Positions 38,286 through 46,738 are shown, counted from the stretch's first letter. The stretch: DNA of 62,234 nt from a virus (IMGVR_UViG_3300020044_009834:1-62234), one strand, 5' to 3'. Made by a program: numbers and translations. Notes: generated by a model not told the origin, from the sequence alone.

Positions 38286-39029
38286 CTAAAATAGGAAATC
38301 TTCTATATGATAGTTAGCGATGTCATCTGTTGGGTTTGAGCCAAAGTATTTTCTGTATACATCTAAAGCCCTACCCACCTTGAGACCACCACCATCCACA
38401 AACTCTTGTGTTGGCTTAAAGATTCCCAACTGAGCAGTACCCTTATCTACTACGAAGAACACCAATGGCTTACCAAATAATTCTTGGTATATGTAGCATT
38501 GCGAATCGTAGTTGTATGCCTTGGCAGAATACTTAAACTTATGGATGTCTGCTGTGGTTTTTAGGTCTATGATAGAGTGTTCTGTGACAATATCTGCCTT
38601 ACCTTTCCACATCATTCCCTGAATCAATCCGATGTTTGGAACTTCATATTGGTTATTGGAATCATATATCTCTTCGTAGAATGTTATGTTACCATTCATT
38701 ACCTTCACAAGTTCTTCAATCTCATCCATCTCCTTCTTTAGCATACAGAACGGCAAGTTATTCTCTTGACAGAAATTCTTGTACTTATCAGTATTTCTTG
38801 ATGAAGCATCCATAAACTTAGTTAGCTTCGCCTTCTCAGGCTCAAGTATCAACTGATGGAAGTATCTACCATCCATGAAACTTTTATTATCTTCTCTAGC
38901 TGTACCAAACATCTTTGGGTTTGAAAGTAATGTGCCTATATCTGAATTAGATAAGTAGTTCTTTCCTATCCCCGAATAATACTCATTATCATCCCTTAGG
39001 GTTTCTATAATCTTTGATTTATCTGTCAT
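38286..39029 (-). CDS. RecE/exonuclease VIII-like PD-(D/E)xK nuclease
   Basis: YLSNS, G..FH..ILEP, KGKADIV, IIDLKTT, Y.YDSQ..IY. Confidence 0.85.
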   Translation of the reverse strand: MTDKSKIIETLRDDNEYYSGIGKNYLSNSDIGTLLSNPKMFGTAREDNKSFMDGRYFHQLILEPEKAKLTKFMDASSRNTDKYKNFCQENNLPFCMLKKEMDEIEELVKVMNGNITFYEEIYDSNNQYEVPNIGLIQGMMWKGKADIVTEHSIIDLKTTADIHKFKYSAKAYNYDSQCYIYQELFGKPLVFFVVDKGTAQLGIFKPTQEFVDGGGLKVGRALDVYRKYFGSNPTDDIANYHIEDFLF

Positions 39030-39031
39030 GA

Positions 39032-39721
39032 CTATTTCTTTTTAGTAGGTTTAGATGCTCTCTCTTCACTAGGTAACATTGGCTCAGGAGTCGGTTCAGG
39101 TTTAGCTTGTAGTGATGGGTTAATTAGAATTTCTATCTCAGAAATAATGCTCGCATCCAACGTATACTTACGAGATAGTTGTTGCTTAATTACATTAAGA
39201 CCTAACTGTTTATTAGCTGTAGCATAAGATACTACTTTACCCCAAGCCTCAGAGTCTTTTACCAATGGCAACATCTCTACCACTTTTGGTGGAATTGGTG
39301 TAGCTGTAGGTGTTTCAGGTAAGTCTTCCCCGGCATAGATGTAGATACCTAAGCCAAACATAGCTAAGTTCTTTACTAAACAACGCATGATTGTTTTGTT
39401 GATGTCAAACATCGTAGCTGCCTCAACTGTCTTCTGACCGAATTTTGTAGAGTATGTGTACTCAGTCTTCTTCATAGACTTGTTTGCGCCATCCATTACA
39501 GGCAACCACATATCTAATGTCTCACCTTGGATAGTAACTGATGTGTGACACATGAATCCTAGAGTCTCATCGTACGCTGTCTCCTTGATGTCGTACCTTG
39601 TGTCAGGACAAGCCTTTTTAACTTCTGACCAAGCCCATGCCCATGATAGGTAGCTTAGGTCTTTTTTCTTTTCAACGTGGTCGTTCACATTGATTGCTGA
39701 TAACTTTTCGAATGTTGTCAT
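39032..39721 (-). CDS. Sak/DUF1071-like single-strand annealing protein
   Basis: HVEKK..LSYLSWAWAW, MWLPVMD, DINKTIMRCLVKNLAMFGLGIYIYAGEDLP. Confidence 0.9.
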   Translation of the reverse strand: MTTFEKLSAINVNDHVEKKKDLSYLSWAWAWSEVKKACPDTRYDIKETAYDETLGFMCHTSVTIQGETLDMWLPVMDGANKSMKKTEYTYSTKFGQKTVEAATMFDINKTIMRCLVKNLAMFGLGIYIYAGEDLPETPTATPIPPKVVEMLPLVKDSEAWGKVVSYATANKQLGLNVIKQQLSRKYTLDASIISEIEILINPSLQAKPEPTPEPMLPSEERASKPTKKK

Positions 39722-39750
39722 GATTTGATTTGATTTGATTTGATTTGATT
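39721..39750. repeat. (TGATT)6 tandem repeat forming the A-rich leader of the annealase gene
   Basis: tgatttgatttgatttgatttgatttgatt; AAATC units also precede other start codons (6790, 9410, 40053, 62050). Confidence 0.8.
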
Positions 39751-40051
39751 AAATGTAAACTGCTTTTTCTATGTCCTTAATTATAGTTGTCAGGTCTGAA
39801 TCATCTATAAGTTTATTTTCAACTACTGAGATGCCATGTATGATTGATGGATGCGCTATGGTGTATCCATTATCACTCATATACTTTTGAATATAAATAA
39901 GTTTCATTGGTCTCTTTGAACATAGGTAATATAATAGATGCCTTGCATCCACTAACTCACGTTTCTTTGATTTTGAGAATAGTTCAAACTTCTTGATTTG
40001 ATATAGGTCTGCGACCCTATCTACATACTGATTAAATACATCTTGTTTCAT
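39749..40051 (-). CDS. stand-alone DnaA domain IV-like protein
   Basis: VADLYQI...LFSKSKKRELVDARHLLYYL...HPSIIHG. Confidence 0.75.
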   Translation of the reverse strand: MKQDVFNQYVDRVADLYQIKKFELFSKSKKRELVDARHLLYYLCSKRPMKLIYIQKYMSDNGYTIAHPSIIHGISVVENKLIDDSDLTTIIKDIEKAVYI

Positions 40052-40075
40052 TATTTGATTTGATTAATTGGACTA

Positions 40076-40083
40076 CAAATATA
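40076..40083 (-). promoter_or_regulatory. Bacteroidetes -7 box
   Basis: TATATTTG on the - strand, upstream of the replication operon. Confidence 0.65.
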
Positions 40084-40111
40084 GTTAATATGTACATCCC
40101 TTGTTTAATTC

Positions 40112-40453
40112 TTATATATTGTTGAAAAGTTTTTTCCCCTCTTTATCCCACAGCGAAAGTTCTGCGTTACCTAGGGTGCTATAACTCATGTTTCCCACTA
40201 AGAAACCTTTTGGACTTAGGGATTCTATGTATAGCTGCCCATGATATTCTACAACAGAATCGCATTCTTTACTTATCTCTGCATCAGGATGTTCAGACAT
40301 ATATGCATTCTTTGGAACGAATCTTCCCGAATTTACCCATTGCTCAAAATTAATTTCTCCCTTCTCTAGGAATGAGGTCAATGACTGAATTAAATACTTG
40401 TTTTGTTTTTCTTTTTTGCTCTCGTTTTCGAGATGTTTTTCTATTAGGTTCAT
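40112..40453 (-). CDS. hypothetical protein
   Basis: 113-aa ORF with its own promoter. Confidence 0.7.
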   Translation of the reverse strand: MNLIEKHLENESKKEKQNKYLIQSLTSFLEKGEINFEQWVNSGRFVPKNAYMSEHPDAEISKECDSVVEYHGQLYIESLSPKGFLVGNMSYSTLGNAELSLWDKEGKKLFNNI

Positions 40454-40475
40454 ATGATTTGATTGTTAATTTGTA

Positions 40476-40483
40476 CAAAGATA
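40476..40483 (-). promoter_or_regulatory. Bacteroidetes -7 box
   Basis: TATCTTTG on the - strand. Confidence 0.6.
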
Positions 40484-40490
40484 GTATAAT

Positions 40491-40823
40491 TTATTTGCAA
40501 AACAATAGGTCTGCATATTTTACATAAATAAATCCATTGTGACTTATTTTATCTGCTCTCTCCCAAGAGTCTTTGGTGATGTCTGTGATATCAGATATGT
40601 CTCCTTCTACGATTAGACAGATGATGCCATCACTCTTCAAAGCAAAGTTTAAATCATCCTCATCATCTATTGGTATGCGAAGAGTCTTTTCTTCTACCTT
40701 CCACACTAAAAATAGTTGGAATAAATCTGCTTTGAATAACTTCTCAGCCTTGTCGGTTACATCTAACCATAGCACCCCATCGGATGACTTCACGATTTTA
40801 TTTATTATCTTATTCATAATCAA
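40491..40823 (-). CDS. hypothetical protein (paralogue of 45316..45531)
   Basis: W..VTDKA..LF....LF.L is shared; the start may be the second Met. Confidence 0.65.
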   Translation of the reverse strand: MIMNKIINKIVKSSDGVLWLDVTDKAEKLFKADLFQLFLVWKVEEKTLRIPIDDEDDLNFALKSDGIICLIVEGDISDITDITKDSWERADKISHNGFIYVKYADLLFCK

Positions 40824-40838
40824 GTTGTTAAGTGTTTG

Positions 40839-40926
40839 TGGTCAGGATAGGATTCGAACCTATATGATGTATGCCTATCTAAAGTCATATTATCTTCTAA
40901 TGCGTTTACCATTCCGCCACCTGACC
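40839..40926 (-). tRNA. tRNA-like RNA with class II (Leu-like) body and no canonical anticodon arm
   Basis: Acceptor GGTCAGG/CCTGACC-A, D arm GCGGAATGGTAAACGC, T arm ATAGGTTCGAATCCTAT; the middle cannot form a 5-bp/7-nt anticodon arm. Confidence 0.75.
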
Positions 40927-40935
40927 ATTTTAGGA

Positions 40936-40951
40936 GTGTCTATAAAGACAC
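40936..40951. promoter_or_regulatory. GTGTC-N6-GACAC palindrome
   Basis: GGAGTGTC TATAAA GACACTCC. Confidence 0.8.
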
Positions 40952-40962
40952 TCCAATGTTTA

Positions 40963-41367
40963 CTATCCGAAAACTACCTCGCCCATTACTATGTATTGGA
41001 ATACCACATCTGCACTTGTACCATCGTACTCCTCATCTAGCACTTCATCCAATGCCCATGCATCACTTGACTCAGCTAACTTCTGTAGTCTCTCGTTCAT
41101 CGTAGATAAACTGATGATACCCAAAACCGAATCTTCATCATCCTCCTCTTCCACATCATTGATTGGCACTTCCACATTATGGTCTAAGATTGCCTCTAGC
41201 ATTGCAGATGCAAAGTATGGGTTCTTACTCTTAGGTACAGCAGTTCTGACAAGTGTAGTTGCTCTCTCACTTAACGTGTACCAATAATTACTTGCTCCTT
41301 CTAGGGCTGTTACGAAGACACTATCTAATGCCTCCCTACTGATTGTTTTTGTTACTTTGATTTCCAT
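40963..41367 (-). CDS. hypothetical acidic early protein
   Basis: TALEG..NYW ... AD.VFQ..V.GEVVFG. Confidence 0.7.
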   Translation of the reverse strand: MEIKVTKTISREALDSVFVTALEGASNYWYTLSERATTLVRTAVPKSKNPYFASAMLEAILDHNVEVPINDVEEEDDEDSVLGIISLSTMNERLQKLAESSDAWALDEVLDEEYDGTSADVVFQYIVMGEVVFG

Positions 41368-41748
41368 TTACTTATACTTTATTAAGGTTTTGAATTTATT
41401 ATTTATCTCATCCCACAACTGAAATCTTTCATCCTTAGAACCTAAGAACTCTATATTGTCAATTGCCTCGCACCCATGTATGATTGTACTGTGGTCAAAT
41501 TTACTATAAAATAAACCACCAATTTCATCATATGTAAAATTGCTATGTGTTCTTGCTAATCTGAAGAAAGCAAATCTAAGGAATACTATATTTCTTCTTC
41601 TACTTTTTACATCGTAGTGCAAGAAACTCATATCTGTTACAAGGCTAATAGAATCCTTTATTGTTTCTATTATTACCTCGTTAGATACTCTTTTTTTAGG
41701 TGGGAGTGGAACGTGTTTGTTCCACTCCATGTTAAAAACTGCTCTCAT
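41368..41748 (-). CDS. stand-alone DnaA domain IV-like protein
   Basis: KSRRRNIVFLR...LAR.H...TYDEIGGLF...DHSTIIHG. Confidence 0.8.
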   Translation of the reverse strand: MRAVFNMEWNKHVPLPPKKRVSNEVIIETIKDSISLVTDMSFLHYDVKSRRRNIVFLRFAFFRLARTHSNFTYDEIGGLFYSKFDHSTIIHGCEAIDNIEFLGSKDERFQLWDEINNKFKTLIKYK

Positions 41749-41977
41749 TCTTTACCTTAAATTTATTTATTAGTGCGTAATCTTTGATAGCATACCATAT
41801 ATGTTCCATGACAGAGTCATTGGTTAATGCATGGTACAATATGTCCATGGCTTCATCATCTGTACATAAGACAGATGATTGTACATCAAATGTAGTCCAT
41901 AGGTTATCTACAAAGTAACCTTCTCCCTTTAGTAAGGCTTTGGCATCTTCTATTCTAGAATTTCTTATCTTGCTCAT
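41732..41977 (-). CDS. hypothetical protein
   Basis: 81-aa coupled ORF. Confidence 0.7.
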   Translation of the reverse strand: MSKIRNSRIEDAKALLKGEGYFVDNLWTTFDVQSSVLCTDDEAMDILYHALTNDSVMEHIWYAIKDYALINKFKVKNESSF

Positions 41978-42204
41978 ATGCTTATTAAGTCTAAATGGTC
42001 AAAAATGTACATCTTAATAAGATTGTCAGGATAAGCCATGTTTAATGCTTCTACAAGGTCATCGTTGTTGTAGTCTCTTACTCCACTACGTTCCAATAAA
42101 ACTATTGGTTCAATTACCTCTATGATTTGCTCATGGGTAAGGTCTGTTAACAGAAGAAAGTCTTCTTCGTTAAATGCTGTTGTGTTGATTTGAATAATTC
42201 TCAT
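41974..42204 (-). CDS. hypothetical protein
   Basis: 76-aa coupled ORF. Confidence 0.7.
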   Translation of the reverse strand: MRIIQINTTAFNEEDFLLLTDLTHEQIIEVIEPIVLLERSGVRDYNNDDLVEALNMAYPDNLIKMYIFDHLDLISI

Positions 42205-42212
42205 TTTTTTTA

Positions 42213-43013
42213 TTAATTATAAATTGGTCTTAATTGGCTGTCTACATGATTGAATGGTAATGAGTCTATTAACTCACTATACGCAACCTCCACTAACTCT
42301 TCGATGAAGTCTGTACCCAAAAGATTTGACTTTGCTCTCGCACCTACTGATAGAATCTTTAAGTACCCATGCTCCAAGTCAATGTCTTTTATGTTCTCTC
42401 TGATGACCTTGACCCTATCTTCGAACACCTCTATGTCTTTTAGTTCTGTTTGTATAATCTCACAGTACTCATCAAAGTTTACACTCTCGCCTACAGCCTT
42501 TAGATATTCATTATCGTTATGACCATCATTAGTCATTATGAAGTCTAATAAGCACCCAAGTGTATGTCCATCGTTATCTAGCACGTTGAAGTTATCCGTT
42601 TTTAAACCCCACTCAAATGCTGTATTTGGATGGAATGAATTGAAACCATCTCGTGATGTGTATTTCTCTTTTACATACGCATCAAACTCACTCATGTATT
42701 GATGTATGTATGTTCTAATAGCATCTACCTTAGGCACAATAGTCACATAAATGCTGTCGTTCTCAAAGTTATAGTACTTAGGAGAAGATACCTTCTCAAA
42801 GGTCATTGACTCTATGAACCCCATACTAATTAAGTCATCTTGCATCTTTTCAACCAATGTAAATGCAACCATCTTACGATATGCAGACCAATCTACTTGT
42901 ACATCATTTGATGATACATTGTACTCATCACAGTATGAATCCATCTCTGCATCACCATCCCAAAAAGTTCCGTAAAAGCCTTTGAATAAAGGCAACCATG
43001 TTTTAATTTCCAT
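42213..43013 (-). CDS. hypothetical acidic early protein
   Basis: LPLF.GFYGT, SPKYYNF.ND.I, TSRDGF.SF motifs. Confidence 0.7.
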   Translation of the reverse strand: MEIKTWLPLFKGFYGTFWDGDAEMDSYCDEYNVSSNDVQVDWSAYRKMVAFTLVEKMQDDLISMGFIESMTFEKVSSPKYYNFENDSIYVTIVPKVDAIRTYIHQYMSEFDAYVKEKYTSRDGFNSFHPNTAFEWGLKTDNFNVLDNDGHTLGCLLDFIMTNDGHNDNEYLKAVGESVNFDEYCEIIQTELKDIEVFEDRVKVIRENIKDIDLEHGYLKILSVGARAKSNLLGTDFIEELVEVAYSELIDSLPFNHVDSQLRPIYN

Positions 43014-43179
43014 TTCGTATGTTGTTTATAAAGTTTAAAATTTCTTCCTCAGAGTACTCATCATTTAAGTCCTCCATCAGATTCATTATGACCGAATCTG
43101 CATTGTCATTCACATACATCTCAAGTTTTAAGGTATTGATGTCGTAGTACCTTTTTTTAATTGCTTCTAGTATTTTCAT
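43003..43179 (-). CDS. small hypothetical protein
   Basis: MKILEAIKKRYYDINTLKLEMYVNDNADSVIMNLMEDLNDEYSEEEILNFINNIRNGN*; A-rich leader; not in the track as such. Confidence 0.6.
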   Translation of the reverse strand: MKILEAIKKRYYDINTLKLEMYVNDNADSVIMNLMEDLNDEYSEEEILNFINNIRNGN

Positions 43180-43193
43180 AATTTAGTTTTATT

Positions 43194-43246
43194 TTCTGTT
43201 TCATCCTTTTGGAATCTTCAGCCGAGACACTCATCTCGATACAGAA
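43194..43246 (-). ncRNA. type III hammerhead ribozyme 1
   Basis: UUCUG-UA | UCGAGA UGAGUG UCUCGG | CUGAAGA | U UCC AAAA GGA U | GAAA | CAGAA; predicted cut between 43240 and 43239. Confidence 0.88.
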
Positions 43247-43249
43247 GGA

Positions 43250-43265
43250 GTGTCTACAAAGACAC
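43250..43265. promoter_or_regulatory. GTGTC-N6-GACAC palindrome
   Basis: GGAGTGTC TACAAA GACACTCC. Confidence 0.8.
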
Positions 43266-43274
43266 TCCCATGAA

Positions 43275-44369
43275 TTATAGTTTGAACTTGACAATGTCTT
43301 GCTCACCGAACCATCCACCACATCCACTACAATGATAGTTTGCGAACCCATCATGCTTTAAATCGTGGAAACAATCTACGCATATTGGAATCTCATCGTT
43401 AAGGTCATAATCACTCACCTCATCCAATTGCTCCTCCATTGTAATCTCCTCGAAAAAGAAGTCTCTCTTGCTAGGATAGATAGGGTAAATTGGCTTTGGT
43501 GCAATGTATGGTCTCGGAACATATGTTGGTGCGATGTATGACTTGTGTAGCACCTCACCATGCTCATTCTCTTTGATGTTGAAGTATATCCAACATGAGA
43601 TTTTTTTGCCATTGAACATTATCGGAATCTTTTTCCTTCTGTACCAATTTGGATGACCCTCTAGTCTATCTAAATTAGTAAGTGTACTGCCACTCACTTT
43701 GAATATGTCCACCTCTACATTGTGTCCGATACCTTCCCTATCTATCAGATATGGTAGACTCCTAATCACTAAAGGATACTTACCTTTAGTAGTGCCACTC
43801 CCAATAAACGTAGACCTTGACAGATGGTGATGGTAATTGCTATAACCCTTTTTTAGTGTGCCATATACAGCCACATAAATGTTCTCTAGCACATTGTCTT
43901 TTGAGTACCATACACCATCAATTTGAGTCCATAAATGCCTATTGTAAATCTCATATGTTTTGCTACGAATATTGATGGTAACGAACCTACATTGATGCTC
44001 TGCTAACTTAGTCTTCCACTCTTGCCTTGGCACATCTCCTATGTTCTGAGCCAATACTTTTGAGTCACAAGTAGCTTGGTCACCTAACCCTTTAATAGTG
44101 CCATTCATCATAAGGTATTCATGTTTATTTGTACCGCACATGAACGGATGTGTATTGGATAAATTGACTGCGCCCATGGTAGCATATCTGAAGTGAGCAA
44201 TGTATGGTCTTGCTGTATCGAGAACCTTGTATTCATTTGACTTGTGATACGTTATCTTAAACGTATCCAACCACACGACTCCCAACCCATGCGGATTGAT
44301 TTTAGAGGAGGATTCTAGTACCTCTGATGCAACTTGCATCCCTTTCTTTTTAACGATTATTATACACAT
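43275..44369 (-). CDS. class II glutamine amidotransferase fused to gamma-glutamylcyclotransferase (AIG2-like), with C-terminal Zn ribbon
   Basis: N-terminal MC, NPHGLG, HFRYAT.G, NTHPF, NG; VAVYGTLKKG, LDRLEG.P..Y.R; CVDC...CSGC. Confidence 0.88.
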   Translation of the reverse strand: MCIIIVKKKGMQVASEVLESSSKINPHGLGVVWLDTFKITYHKSNEYKVLDTARPYIAHFRYATMGAVNLSNTHPFMCGTNKHEYLMMNGTIKGLGDQATCDSKVLAQNIGDVPRQEWKTKLAEHQCRFVTINIRSKTYEIYNRHLWTQIDGVWYSKDNVLENIYVAVYGTLKKGYSNYHHHLSRSTFIGSGTTKGKYPLVIRSLPYLIDREGIGHNVEVDIFKVSGSTLTNLDRLEGHPNWYRRKKIPIMFNGKKISCWIYFNIKENEHGEVLHKSYIAPTYVPRPYIAPKPIYPIYPSKRDFFFEEITMEEQLDEVSDYDLNDEIPICVDCFHDLKHDGFANYHCSGCGGWFGEQDIVKFKL

Positions 44370-44388
44370 ATTTGATTGAATTAAATTG

Positions 44389-44490
44389 TAATCAGAATGG
44401 GATTTGAACCCATATGTACTGCCCGATAGGGGCAGACTACCGATGTGAGGAGCGACCTCACACCTATGTCTAACATTCCATCATCTGATT
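44389..44490 (-). ncRNA. tRNA-like RNA with non-canonical anticodon and variable arms
   Basis: Acceptor AATCAGA/TCTGATT-A, D arm ATGGAATGTTAGACAT, 8-bp/5-nt hairpin, 6-bp hairpin, T arm ATGGGTTCAAATCCCAT. Confidence 0.75.
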
Positions 44491-44507
44491 ATTGGACTTT
44501 GAATGTA

Positions 44508-44515
44508 CGAAGGTA
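44508..44515 (-). promoter_or_regulatory. variant -7 box (TACCTTCG)
   Basis: Intergenic, just upstream of the tRNA-like RNA. Confidence 0.45.
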
Positions 44516-44555
44516 ATACTATCTATGTACATTCACAATATGACTTTTGTCATGT

Positions 44556-44810
44556 TTAGTAATCACCCCAACTACCACCGCTCATCTCTTGATGCAGATT
44601 GTCCTTATCTGTCACATCGAACCCTTGTCGACCTTCTTGCCACTCGTAGAATGAATCGTACCAATCTTGAAACTGTTCAACTGATGTAAAACTTGCATGA
44701 CCTTGTGAATCGCATCCATCACAATCTGTTGACCACACGTTGATGTAGGCTATCCCATCATTTTTTAAAGCCTCTTCGATTCTATCTTGCTGTTCGTACA
44801 TTTGCTCCAT
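44556..44810 (-). CDS. hypothetical acidic protein
   Basis: Likely start MEQMYEQQ; DCDGC motif. Confidence 0.6.
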   Translation of the reverse strand: MEQMYEQQDRIEEALKNDGIAYINVWSTDCDGCDSQGHASFTSVEQFQDWYDSFYEWQEGRQGFDVTDKDNLHQEMSGGSWGDY

Positions 44811-44985
44811 AGATTCTAATGCCATCAATAACTTGAGAATTAATCTCAAATTCAAAAAATAGTCTGTCTAACTCAGACATGAATACTCCTCTGTCCTTAC
44901 TTGGTAAGTACATGAGTCTGTCAATTACATCTTGCACAATTTCTTTGCGCTCATCCTCTGTTGGGATTAATTCTAAATAGTTCAT
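44782..44985 (-). CDS. hypothetical protein
   Basis: 67 aa; A-rich leader directly after hammerhead 2. Confidence 0.65.
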   Translation of the reverse strand: MNYLELIPTEDERKEIVQDVIDRLMYLPSKDRGVFMSELDRLFFEFEINSQVIDGIRIYGANVRTAR

Positions 44986-45000
44986 ATTTTTGGTTTTATT

Positions 45001-45053
45001 TTCTGTTTCATCTTTTAAGAATCATCAGCACGGACACTCATCCGTGTACAGAA
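45001..45053 (-). ncRNA. type III hammerhead ribozyme 2
   Basis: UUCUG-UA | CACGGA UGAGUG UCCGUG | CUGAUGA | U UCU UAAA AGA U | GAAA | CAGAA; stems covary with copy 1; predicted cut between 45047 and 45046. Confidence 0.9.
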
Positions 45054-45056
45054 GGA

Positions 45057-45072
45057 GTGTCTTTGTAGACAC
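45057..45072. promoter_or_regulatory. GTGTC-N6-GACAC palindrome (spacer inverted)
   Basis: GGAGTGTC TTTGTA GACACTCC. Confidence 0.8.
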
Positions 45073-45082
45073 TCCCTTTATA

Positions 45083-45322
45083 TTATTTAAAGTACTCTCT
45101 GAGTGAACGCATTTCGTAGTTCATCTCATTCTCATCCTCTGCCTCGTACCCATAAGTTAACTCCACCCAATCAAAGAACTCATCCTTCTGAGCCTCTGAT
45201 AACTCCTCATACAACTCCTTGGACTGCTTATGCTGTCCATTTAACTTGCTTTCTAATATGTACTCATAGTACTCTTCGATGTATGAGAACTCATATGTTC
45301 CCAATGTTTGCTTAGTTACCAT
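45083..45322 (-). CDS. hypothetical acidic protein
   Basis: 79 aa; YILES..NGQ..Q motif. Confidence 0.7.
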   Translation of the reverse strand: MVTKQTLGTYEFSYIEEYYEYILESKLNGQHKQSKELYEELSEAQKDEFFDWVELTYGYEAEDENEMNYEMRSLREYFK

Positions 45323-45531
45323 ACTTCAACCTCCGTTCTGATTACTATCTGACCACCCTCGATGGCAATCTGATTGCCTCTACCAATCGCCTCAAGTAAT
45401 TCCTTGTGCGTTTCAATTAATGACTCTGAGTCATCTTCATGCAATTCAAATAATTCCATAAATGTGAATAATCTGTGCGCTTTGTCGGTCACTATGCACC
45501 AAACAAAATTGTCTTTTGTTACTTTTATCAT
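45316..45531 (-). CDS. hypothetical protein
   Basis: 71 aa; paralogue of 40491..40823. Confidence 0.7.
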   Translation of the reverse strand: MIKVTKDNFVWCIVTDKAHRLFTFMELFELHEDDSESLIETHKELLEAIGRGNQIAIEGGQIVIRTEVEVW

Positions 45532-45701
45532 ATGCTGTTAATTATTAAGTTTTCTACTACCATCCACTCACAATCTGATGCCCTTATATCTAAGTCATTG
45601 TAATCACTATCGAACCAATCTTGCGAATCTTCCAAATCATTTGGGTAATTTCTAATTATTACTTCGCCACTTGCAAAGTTTAATATTACTATTTTTCTCA
45701 T
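45528..45701 (-). CDS. small hypothetical protein
   Basis: MRKIVILNFASGEVIIRNYPNDLEDSQDWFDSDYNDLDIRASDCEWMVVENLIINSI*; fills the gap; not in the track. Confidence 0.65.
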   Translation of the reverse strand: MRKIVILNFASGEVIIRNYPNDLEDSQDWFDSDYNDLDIRASDCEWMVVENLIINSI

Positions 45702-45702
45702 G

Positions 45703-45984
45703 TTATTTATAATTTGCGAATAATGTTTTAAAACCTTTGTAAACTCCTTCTTTGTAAGCCTTGGAAATATGTCCCAACTGACTACTGATTAACAGACTAG
45801 TTATTGATATAAAACGAATCTCAATTTCTTTTAAGACACCTTCTGATGTCTTGCCAAAATAGAATAGTTCTGCTTTCAATTGGTCAATTGAGTCTATCTT
45901 AATTTCATCAAAGTTATTGTTTAACTTTGCTTGGATATGTGCATCTGCGATGGCTTTTACCCTTGGTGTGATTCTTTTTGTCAT
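45703..45984 (-). CDS. hypothetical protein
   Basis: 93-aa ORF. Confidence 0.65.
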   Translation of the reverse strand: MTKRITPRVKAIADAHIQAKLNNNFDEIKIDSIDQLKAELFYFGKTSEGVLKEIEIRFISITSLLISSQLGHISKAYKEGVYKGFKTLFANYK

Positions 45985-45989
45985 ATTAG

Positions 45990-46193
45990 TTAATTTTTTA
46001 TTTGATTTAATTCATCTACTAAATACTCTGTGGCTTGGAATTTTATTTCATTCTCTGAAAGTTCAAGAGTTTTTCCACTACGAAAGCATATATAAAGCCT
46101 TTCGTAGTCAACTGATAACAATGTTGTTATCCCATTTTCTTCTGCTGTGACATCTATCATTGCCTTAGCATACTTAATTGTTTTTCTGTTCAT
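45990..46193 (-). CDS. hypothetical protein
   Basis: 67-aa ORF. Confidence 0.65.
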   Translation of the reverse strand: MNRKTIKYAKAMIDVTAEENGITTLLSVDYERLYICFRSGKTLELSENEIKFQATEYLVDELNQIKN

Positions 46194-46194
46194 G

Positions 46195-46629
46195 TTAATG
46201 TTTATAAGTGAATGTTGAAAATATTAAACTTGTTGATGTTGCATACATTACAAATGTATCTGTCTGTCTGTAGCCATTGTTTGGTATAAGTTCTCCACCA
46301 ATTGCCACTCTACTATAGAACGTGATGGTATTGTCACCTAACGTGTAGTAGTGATACACTTCATCATCTGAACCTATTGATTCTAATGCATGATATGTTG
46401 TGCCAAATGCACCCATTGACCATCTGAATGTCGAATCTGTGATGGTGAATGACTCACCTAAATTGATTCTACATTGTTCTGTTGGTAACCAATTACCAAT
46501 GATGCTTGGTGGAGCGGAATTGATGCTCTCTGTTGTGATAACATTAGCCTCCTGAGGCTTTGTGTCAACCTTAGTGCAAGATGCCATTAGGATGCACAAA
46601 ACACTTGCTGTGATGATTGTTCTTTTCAT
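46195..46629 (-). CDS. putative lipoprotein
   Basis: MKR, hydrophobic core, LMASC lipobox; IIGNW lipocalin-like start. Confidence 0.7.
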   Translation of the reverse strand: MKRTIITASVLCILMASCTKVDTKPQEANVITTESINSAPPSIIGNWLPTEQCRINLGESFTITDSTFRWSMGAFGTTYHALESIGSDDEVYHYYTLGDNTITFYSRVAIGGELIPNNGYRQTDTFVMYATSTSLIFSTFTYKH

Positions 46630-46633
46630 GTGA

Positions 46634-46738
46634 TTAGTAAATTACATAGGTGAATAAAATGAATGCCATTACACAAATTGTGATTGCCATTGTTAAAACT
46701 AGAATTGTTTTTGCTACTTCGATTAAGATGTCTCTCAT
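46634..46738 (-). CDS. small single-TM protein
   Basis: MRDILIEVAKTILVLTMAITICVMAFILFTYVIY*; A-rich leader; not in the track. Confidence 0.55.
   Translation of the reverse strand: MRDILIEVAKTILVLTMAITICVMAFILFTYVIY

Noticed and set aside
40839-40926. Functional tRNA-Leu
   Set aside because: No 5-bp stem with a 7-nt loop at the anticodon position, so no anticodon can be assigned; kept as tRNA-like.
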